This document shows, piece after piece, positions 13,476 through 20,000 of a stretch of DNA of 20,000 nucleotides. Numbering within the stretch: the stretch's first letter is position 1; each line of letters begins with the position of its first letter. Both the position numbers and the translations under genes were made by a program. The stretch lies in the IMG/VR virus record IMGVR_UViG_3300022198_000015; one strand, given 5' to 3'. Under the pieces are notes generated by a model. That model was not told the DNA's origin and did not search any database. It saw only the letters and a list, made by a program, of their open reading frames with translations. Origin of the DNA: an uncultured virus (IMG/VR IMGVR_UViG_3300022198_000015) (taxonomy: Duplodnaviria > Heunggongvirae > Uroviricota > Caudoviricetes).

Positions 13476-14987
13476 TTAAGCTTGAGGTAAATTAGAAGGA
13501 AAGTTAGGATCCGCATTACCAGAATTAGAATAAAAAACATCCTGCTGGTTGTAACTAAATTCAAATTTTACATTCCCCCAAGCTACTATTTCAGGAGGAT
13601 CGTTTAAATTTGTATATTTTTGATAGCCTACTTTACCCGAATATGGATTGAGATAGTTCCCATTTGCATCATACACAACAAACATATTACAATTGTTACA
13701 CTCAATACTACATCCAAAATCTCCGGGATGCGTGATTACTCTAGTACTTACCCAAGGGCCTCCTTCAGAATACTCAACACAATAATTAGGATAACTAGGA
13801 AGTAAATTTGGTGCCCGAACGGCTCCTATAGATTCCCCATTACTGACATTTACCCAATACCCTGTAAAATTATATTGTTCTGGAGGACCATACCACCCAT
13901 TACCATAAACAGTACCTACAGCCCTAGCATAAACTGGAGGAGGTACATATTTTCCTGGGCAATTACTATATTTTACGCAAAGTCCTCTATCGCAATATTG
14001 ACACTCACCACAATTCTGATCTTCATCACATTGAACACACCCAGGTTTTTCATTTAAAACTTCACAGCACTCATAAATATAAATAGTTTCTCCTGTTAAA
14101 TCACTTGTAATAAATCCTTTAGATGTGCAACCATCAGGTACTGATGGTCCACTCCCCGTGGTACATCCTCTACAAGCACTGCCTCCAGGTAGGCATTCGA
14201 CATCTGGGTCATAACAACGAGGGTACCATGTTCTATATGTAGGGTGACAATAAAGACCTTCTATACGACCTTTGCAAGTATCTCTAAAATTACAACAAGT
14301 TATGTCTTCTCTTTCACCACATTCATTATTGCAATGGCAGGGTCTTTCAGCATCTGATTTTTCTTCACAAGTCCCGTCATTACAACTAGAGCATTCTGTA
14401 CAAGTATTTCTAGAGTCACACCCTTCGCCATAAGAGCCGTAACTTTCCTTTTCATTTGTACAATACTCAGAGCAGGTACCTTCAGGTGGACAGCTGCCTG
14501 ATGTGCATCGTACATTCCCAGAAGAATCTTCTCGGCAACAAGTGGCACAGGGGTTACCCTTAGACCCACTAGAAGCCGCATCATTTACACGGGATCCTTG
14601 ACCGCATCCAGCAGAATAACAACCATTCCCTGTACCAGAAGAGGACCCACATCTAGAACCACCTCCCCCATATGTTCCCGAATCTACTCCATTAGGTCCA
14701 ACAGAGCAGCCTATCCCAGATGTTATAGAATAAGTATTACCTCCACCCGAAGAAACACAAGTCCCATTATTACAATAAAAACCAGCGCCACATTCTTGCG
14801 AACTTGAACACTTAGTATTAGTAGTAGCTAAATATGTTGTAGCCGTATTATCTTTTGCTCTAGAGGATAGCCCTGCAAATATAGGACTAACCATAGAACC
14901 TATAGGGACAAAAGGCGCCCTATAAATTTCTTGTTGAACCTTATTAAACAGCTTAGGAACTATATTTTGGCTATTTCCTAGAACCAT
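13476..14987 (-). CDS. Cysteine-rich protein in the tail module
   Basis: 503 aa, about 45 Cys by hand count, with recurring C..C..C..G.C units and Gly/Ser linkers. Confidence 0.8.
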   Translation of the reverse strand: MVLGNSQNIVPKLFNKVQQEIYRAPFVPIGSMVSPIFAGLSSRAKDNTATTYLATTNTKCSSSQECGAGFYCNNGTCVSSGGGNTYSITSGIGCSVGPNGVDSGTYGGGGSRCGSSSGTGNGCYSAGCGQGSRVNDAASSGSKGNPCATCCREDSSGNVRCTSGSCPPEGTCSEYCTNEKESYGSYGEGCDSRNTCTECSSCNDGTCEEKSDAERPCHCNNECGEREDITCCNFRDTCKGRIEGLYCHPTYRTWYPRCYDPDVECLPGGSACRGCTTGSGPSVPDGCTSKGFITSDLTGETIYIYECCEVLNEKPGCVQCDEDQNCGECQYCDRGLCVKYSNCPGKYVPPPVYARAVGTVYGNGWYGPPEQYNFTGYWVNVSNGESIGAVRAPNLLPSYPNYCVEYSEGGPWVSTRVITHPGDFGCSIECNNCNMFVVYDANGNYLNPYSGKVGYQKYTNLNDPPEIVAWGNVKFEFSYNQQDVFYSNSGNADPNFPSNLPQA

Positions 14988-14991
14988 GATA

Positions 14992-15411
14992 TTAAATTGC
15001 AGCTACTATACGATACGGATTTTCTAAAGCAAAAGATGAAAATACTGGTACCCATTTTAAGAAAATAATTCTTCCAGTTTCAGGATCCGTTTCATCAATA
15101 CCAGCTGGTACAGCTAAAAATAAACGAGCAGTGTAAGGTGTGACGCCAGTTACCGTAGCTTCTGGTGTCATAACATTAGTCCACATTAATTGTCCAGCAT
15201 ACTCAGGGTAAACTTTTAATTCATAAGTATACGTAGCTCCTCCCGAAGCACCTGTTACTTTCTCAAAAGTACTGTAAGTAACCGTAGGAGTACTTCCGAT
15301 TATATTAGTTGGATAATAAGGACCCCCTTTTATAGTACTAAGTACTTTAATATTAGAGGCAACTGTATAAGGCCCTGTAGTGCCTGAAAATGTAGGAGAA
15401 ATTACAGCCAT
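14992..15411 (-). CDS. Hypothetical tail-module protein
   Basis: 139 aa, tightly packed; GQL...ARLFLAV motif. Confidence 0.7.
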   Translation of the reverse strand: MAVISPTFSGTTGPYTVASNIKVLSTIKGGPYYPTNIIGSTPTVTYSTFEKVTGASGGATYTYELKVYPEYAGQLMWTNVMTPEATVTGVTPYTARLFLAVPAGIDETDPETGRIIFLKWVPVFSSFALENPYRIVAAI

Positions 15412-15412
15412 T

Positions 15413-15706
15413 TTAGTGTAAAATAAGAACTCTTTGCCCGCTAGGATCTATTACGTATAGACGAATTACATCATAACCTACATAACCGGGTAGTTTATAT
15501 ATTGTTCCATACAAACTTCCAGGTTTTTTAGTATCATTTAAGACTTCATGCCCTCTTAAGCCATTACCAAAATCTGTAATAAAAAAATTTCCAGGACCTA
15601 CAGTTTGGAAAGACACATCTGTTTTTACCAAAGGAGTTACCCTATATTTAATAGTACCCGGAGGTATGGGGTTATGCTCTAATTCAGGAAGATTATAAAT
15701 AGCCAT
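15413..15706 (-). CDS. Hypothetical tail-module protein
   Basis: 97 aa, 1-nt spacing to both neighbours; PGSL...RLYVIDPSG. Confidence 0.7.
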   Translation of the reverse strand: MAIYNLPELEHNPIPPGTIKYRVTPLVKTDVSFQTVGPGNFFITDFGNGLRGHEVLNDTKKPGSLYGTIYKLPGYVGYDVIRLYVIDPSGQRVLILH

Positions 15707-15707
15707 T

Positions 15708-15971
15708 TTATTCTATAGGAGTAAATTTGTAGCCACTTGAGTCAACAACATAAAGTAAAGCATACGTAAGGTCAGGGTTTGGATTACAAAAACTTGTAGT
15801 ATTAGGATAATTTATACAAGGTATTACGACATAGGCGCACAAAGTTCCAGGTTGTCGATATTCTGAATAAGTGACTTTTGGGCTAGGTTTAAAAGTTAAA
15901 AACTCTACAGCACCGTCAACATTATCTAAAGTATCTGAAGTATCTATAATGCCGTATTTAAACTGTGCCAT
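15708..15971 (-). CDS. Hypothetical tail-module protein
   Basis: ATG 15971 (MAQF) just after the upstream stop; PGTL...LLYVVDSSG. Confidence 0.7.
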   Translation of the reverse strand: MAQFKYGIIDTSDTLDNVDGAVEFLTFKPSPKVTYSEYRQPGTLCAYVVIPCINYPNTTSFCNPNPDLTYALLYVVDSSGYKFTPIE

Positions 15972-15973
15972 AA

Positions 15974-16234
15974 CTACCAATCAGCGAAGTAAATACCATT
16001 TGCAAAAGTTAAAGCCACTGGCGTATTTTTAGGTATAGATTTTTTACCTAAAGGGCGCACAAAGTATGTTTTATTTTTATATACTACTTCCCCGATACCA
16101 TCGGAATTTAAACGTGCCCAAGAAGCTTTAACAGTGCCTTCAAAATCACCCATATCTGTAATGTTTTTAGGTTGTTGTAGAAAAATTTCTCTTTCTGCAT
16201 AGTATAAAGCTAAACTGTCTTGAAGGGCTGTCAT
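15974..16234 (-). CDS. Hypothetical tail-module protein
   Basis: 86 aa, in operon; beta-rich C-terminal half. Confidence 0.7.
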   Translation of the reverse strand: MTALQDSLALYYAEREIFLQQPKNITDMGDFEGTVKASWARLNSDGIGEVVYKNKTYFVRPLGKKSIPKNTPVALTFANGIYFADW

Positions 16235-16239
16235 AGTTT

Positions 16240-16956
16240 TTAATTATAGAAGCCAAAGTGTTTAATATCAAAATAAATAACAGCTTGATTACCTCCTGAT
16301 AAAGTTACTCTAGAGCTTGTTTTACTTACAGAATAGATTGTATTACTTCCTGCAGTAACGCTAGATACAAAAACATTTAAATTACCATCTCCTTGGCTAC
16401 AAACTCCTGCGGTAATTAAATCCGCTTCCAAAACGGTTAATTGATCAGATACTACATAATCATAACCGGGGTATGCCACAGAAACTGTAAATGCGGTACC
16501 ACTATTGGATACAACTAAATCTACTAAAGCTTGCTTACCATTACCAAAAGTAGCAGTAGGTAAATCATTATATACACCATCCACAGCGTTAGTAGGAGTA
16601 GCCCCAGTTGAGCCCAAAGTTAAAATATTTCCAGATCCTCTAAGTAGCACAACATGCGTAAAATATATAGGTGTAGCACTATTATCGTGGTCAAAAATAG
16701 CTGCTTTTCTTGTTAAACTAACTCCTAAATCCGTGTAATTACTAAGGTCTGAACTTGAATACCCTATAATTTGACGATAATAACCTCCAGAGCCTTCTGT
16801 AACCTCGGCAGTTAAAAACGTAGAATCTACAGTTGTTCCTGGGGTATAAGTAGTACCAGAACTATCAATTAAAGCTACCTCAAAATACTTATCAACATAA
16901 GCACTAGTCATTTGCGTCGTAATCTCTGTAGAGCTAATTTTAGCTGCAATAGACAT
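16240..16956 (-). CDS. Putative tail/baseplate structural protein
   Basis: 238 aa, Ser/Thr-rich; AEVTEGSGGYYRQ; an internal VSVAYPGYDYVVSDQLTV module. Confidence 0.6.
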   Translation of the reverse strand: MSIAAKISSTEITTQMTSAYVDKYFEVALIDSSGTTYTPGTTVDSTFLTAEVTEGSGGYYRQIIGYSSSDLSNYTDLGVSLTRKAAIFDHDNSATPIYFTHVVLLRGSGNILTLGSTGATPTNAVDGVYNDLPTATFGNGKQALVDLVVSNSGTAFTVSVAYPGYDYVVSDQLTVLEADLITAGVCSQGDGNLNVFVSSVTAGSNTIYSVSKTSSRVTLSGGNQAVIYFDIKHFGFYN

Positions 16957-16982
16957 TTAAATTCACGGCTATAAGACTGTTC

Positions 16983-16991
16983 TAGTATTCC
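16983..16991 (-). promoter_or_regulatory. Promoter-like motif GGAATACTA
   Basis: 27 nt upstream of ATG 16956. Confidence 0.65.
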
Positions 16992-16999
16992 AAGAAAAA

Positions 17000-19354
17000 T
17001 TAACCAAATAAAGACGTTTGCAATACATTCGCACCTACAGTTAAAAGTATGTTGTCTGCTGATATAGGTATTCCTCCTGCACCCTCAACTGCTATCAAAC
17101 CTCCAGGTTGTACAATTTGCCCTGATGTTAAACAATAAATGGTATGCTCAGCATTCGGATTTAAATCAATAATTTGTATTCGGGCAATAATAGAAATTTC
17201 AGCTTCATCTATTGAGGCTAATTCTGCTTGTAGCCCTATTTCAATTTTAATTTCTAATACTATGCTGCCACTTTCTAGAATATTCGCACCCAATATACTA
17301 GGTGGAGTGCTTATACCAGGAACTCCTGGTGTTCCTGCAGGATCCTCAGGATGTACTGGGCGTACATGACTACCTGTAGTATTATCACCAGGAAAATATG
17401 TGAACGAAGAAGCAACATTACCTAAAAATACTGCCTTAAAAGTTACAACTGAAGAATCTTTATCTATAGCCCAGCTACCAGCATCTAAACAAGCTAAGAA
17501 AGCTTCATTAGCTATAGGATCGTAATAATAAAAAGGTACTCCTGGTACCCAATTACTCACAATTTCTTCCCTAAGATTTTCAGATAAATTTAAACCAAAA
17601 GTATTACCTTTAATCCATAAAATTAAATATTGTTTATATTTTTCAACGACCTGTAAAATTTTCTCCCGTTGTACTTGTATAGGGTCATTCTCATAAAAAG
17701 ATAGAACATCAATAGGTAACTGCTCCTGCACTACAAATTCTTGAGATTCTGAAGGCGGAGTAATATACGTATTAGCAATAATAGGCGTTAATGATACTTC
17801 CTCTGTAGTCTCTAATTGAGCCCCTCCTGTATTCCTTTCAGGAGCATCGGGATTAATACTTAAAGTACTACTAGTTCTAATTTGTACCGTTTTAATTCCT
17901 TGTGTTGCATCTAAATCGAGGTAACTTTTAATGCCGATCCCTTCAGAAGCAACACTTGCATAACTAGTAGTAGTCTGTCGAGTACCATTATTAAAGTACT
18001 CATAATCATCAATTTGCTTACTATCTAAATAATACTCCCCACTTTCCATACGTGCTTCAAATGCTCCTCCTTCCCAAGGTCGTTTCACTAAAGTTCCTTC
18101 GGCATCTTCTTCAGTGGTAGAGCGCCAATCAGTAGGTTGTGCGGCATACCCTATATTCTGATAATTTTCAGTAACAGTTTGTTTAACCGAGCCGTCTGCA
18201 TTATAAGTATATGTTGTTATAGATTTACCTTGGAAAATATTTCTATCCCCAGTGGCTCGGCAGCTACCTGTTAAATTACAACGACTAGAAAAACTAGCTA
18301 CGCAGTATGCATATTTATCTGTATAATATTGAGAATTAACCTCTAATGCAGGCCCATATGAAACTTGCTCAACTTCAGAAAGTTGCCCACCTACTCCATA
18401 ATATCTACTAATTTGTGTATTAGTTTTAGTAACATATAAGTATTCAGTGTAATCTTCAGCTACAAAACCTTCAGTACAAGAGTCAAAATTTGAACCATTA
18501 TTACCATCAGGTTGCGTAGGATTATTACCACAATCTCCAGAACCATAATTATTTTCTACAGCAAAAGCACCAGAAATACCTAACCCAGCAACTCCTGAAG
18601 ATGGTGGAATTCTGGTGTAAATTTTCATGGGGAATCGTATGTAATAATTTGTAGTAGTTTCATCTATTTGAATATTTTCAAATGAACCCCCTTCAGTAGT
18701 AGGTAAACTATAATTTATAGCTAAAGCATCAGGTAAAGGCTCTGTGGTACTTATAGGAGAAGCCGCTAATAACGTAGTTCCTAAGACACTAACCCATTTT
18801 GCCGCATTTTGACCTGAAAGTTCTGCACCATATTCTAAAGAATTTATAAAAAAAGAGCGTTGTATTAAAGAACCATTTTTATTTTGATATAAAATTTTGC
18901 CTTCTAGAGCTAAGACTGCCGATATATTATTAAAAGTCTGCAATTCGGGGCTTAAAGGAACTGATATATACTGTAATAAACTAGATACATCATTTTCAGT
19001 ACTAAGTTCTAATAGAGCTAATTTGCACCCTACTTCAATAGTAAGTGTATCATTTTCTGGGTTATAAGAATTGGTAATTACATATAAATAACCCCGAGGG
19101 TGGCGCACAATAGTCCCATCATCTTTTTGTAAGTCAATTGTGACTAAATTACCACGTAAGAAAATTTTACGTCTGTACTCATTAAGTAAATTAAAATTGG
19201 AAGACCACGTTAAAGTTATACTACCTTTTGTAGAAATAATACCCCTACGATCAGCACTAGAATCTGCACATTGAAAACTAATAAAGGAATCAGTAAAATC
19301 GGTGCCGGCAATCGTAATAGCAGCAAATTTTAAACCGTTAGAAATATAAGCCAC
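17000..19354 (-). CDS. Large putative tail (hub/tip-type) structural protein
   Basis: 784 aa, GTG start, beta-rich. The N-terminal pattern (ITIAGTDFT...LYVITNSYNPENDTLTIEVGCKL) and position suggest a tail hub protein; the function is inferred. Confidence 0.6.
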   Translation of the reverse strand: MAYISNGLKFAAITIAGTDFTDSFISFQCADSSADRRGIISTKGSITLTWSSNFNLLNEYRRKIFLRGNLVTIDLQKDDGTIVRHPRGYLYVITNSYNPENDTLTIEVGCKLALLELSTENDVSSLLQYISVPLSPELQTFNNISAVLALEGKILYQNKNGSLIQRSFFINSLEYGAELSGQNAAKWVSVLGTTLLAASPISTTEPLPDALAINYSLPTTEGGSFENIQIDETTTNYYIRFPMKIYTRIPPSSGVAGLGISGAFAVENNYGSGDCGNNPTQPDGNNGSNFDSCTEGFVAEDYTEYLYVTKTNTQISRYYGVGGQLSEVEQVSYGPALEVNSQYYTDKYAYCVASFSSRCNLTGSCRATGDRNIFQGKSITTYTYNADGSVKQTVTENYQNIGYAAQPTDWRSTTEEDAEGTLVKRPWEGGAFEARMESGEYYLDSKQIDDYEYFNNGTRQTTTSYASVASEGIGIKSYLDLDATQGIKTVQIRTSSTLSINPDAPERNTGGAQLETTEEVSLTPIIANTYITPPSESQEFVVQEQLPIDVLSFYENDPIQVQREKILQVVEKYKQYLILWIKGNTFGLNLSENLREEIVSNWVPGVPFYYYDPIANEAFLACLDAGSWAIDKDSSVVTFKAVFLGNVASSFTYFPGDNTTGSHVRPVHPEDPAGTPGVPGISTPPSILGANILESGSIVLEIKIEIGLQAELASIDEAEISIIARIQIIDLNPNAEHTIYCLTSGQIVQPGGLIAVEGAGGIPISADNILLTVGANVLQTSLFG

Positions 19355-19355
19355 A

Positions 19356-19757
19356 TTAAACCTCCGTTAAACCAATAGAAGTAACCCAGTACCCAATACC
19401 AAATTTATTAAAAACAGGAGGTGTAGTTATAGCTGCATCAGTATCTACAGTAGCACCAAAAGTATCGTCTAAAATACCCACAACAGCATTGTATCCATCA
19501 GCTCTATCTTCATTCCATGCCCTGAATAAAGAATCTAAAGTTTGTGCATCTGCGTCATTTAATATGCTAGAAATAGCCCATATGCGTTTATCAGGATGTG
19601 CTGGGCCTCCATAACTAAGAGCACCTTTAGCTGTTAAATTATATTGACTAGCCCCTGAATAAGTCCGAGGCAAACTATCATTATCAAATAACTGAAAGGA
19701 TACATTATAAGTTGTTGAGGTACCTTCCTTAGTATATGCTATACTGATAGTAGACAT
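19356..19757 (-). CDS. Putative distal-tail-like protein
   Basis: 133 aa directly upstream of the large tail gene; G.LSYGGP...KRIWAIS...LTEV. The function is inferred from size and position. Confidence 0.55.
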   Translation of the reverse strand: MSTISIAYTKEGTSTTYNVSFQLFDNDSLPRTYSGASQYNLTAKGALSYGGPAHPDKRIWAISSILNDADAQTLDSLFRAWNEDRADGYNAVVGILDDTFGATVDTDAAITTPPVFNKFGIGYWVTSIGLTEV

Positions 19758-19776
19758 CGGCTCTAAAATCCTGTCG

Positions 19777-19785
19777 TAGGATGCC
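19777..19785 (-). promoter_or_regulatory. Promoter-like motif GGCATCCTA
   Basis: 20 nt upstream of ATG 19757. Confidence 0.65.
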
Positions 19786-20000
19786 TATTCTTTGTCTTCA
19801 ATTAATGACTGGAAGTGTTGAATAATATGAGGCTCATTCATAAATAAATACTGATGCCTATTATTTTTAACAGCTGTCCGTAGCCGGCTATCAGTATTGA
19901 CTAAATGTTTAAAAAGACTTTCATAAACTTCAAATAGATAAGTCATCGCTTCTTCTGATATGTCTTCAGAATTACGTGCGGCATATTGCAAAGCCATACG
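19785..20000 (-). CDS. Hypothetical protein, probably 5'-truncated at the window edge
   Basis: The frame stays open to position 20000. Confidence 0.6.
   Translation of the reverse strand, partial: RMALQYAARNSEDISEEAMTYLFEVYESLFKHLVNTDSRLRTAVKNNRHQYLFMNEPHIIQHFQSLIEDKE

Overview
A 20-kb segment of a tailed cyanophage, with a probable Synechococcus/Cyanobium-type host. It is mostly a minus-strand late/structural region. In transcription order it holds: tail-type genes; three small divergent paralogues; a protein with about 45 Cys; two Mtd_N-type fibre genes; a DUF6171-like protein; scaffold; major capsid protein; an inserted block (63-aa protein, LamG fibre, psbA with a PhotoRC-II-type leader, hli); a probable capsid cement protein; several small genes; a collagen-containing fibre; and a GH73+C39 dual-domain endolysin. 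A few small plus-strand genes lie at the left end. The most notable unannotated structure is regulatory. A 9-bp motif, GG(T/A/C)AnnCTA, occurs upstream of 17 genes, mostly 20-23 nt before the start codon. It often directly follows a terminator and also precedes psbA and hli. The three genes with long leaders (capsid, cement, psbA) each start with a structured RNA, and the capsid leader has two mutually exclusive folds. All protein assignments come from motif recognition by eye; no database searches were run.
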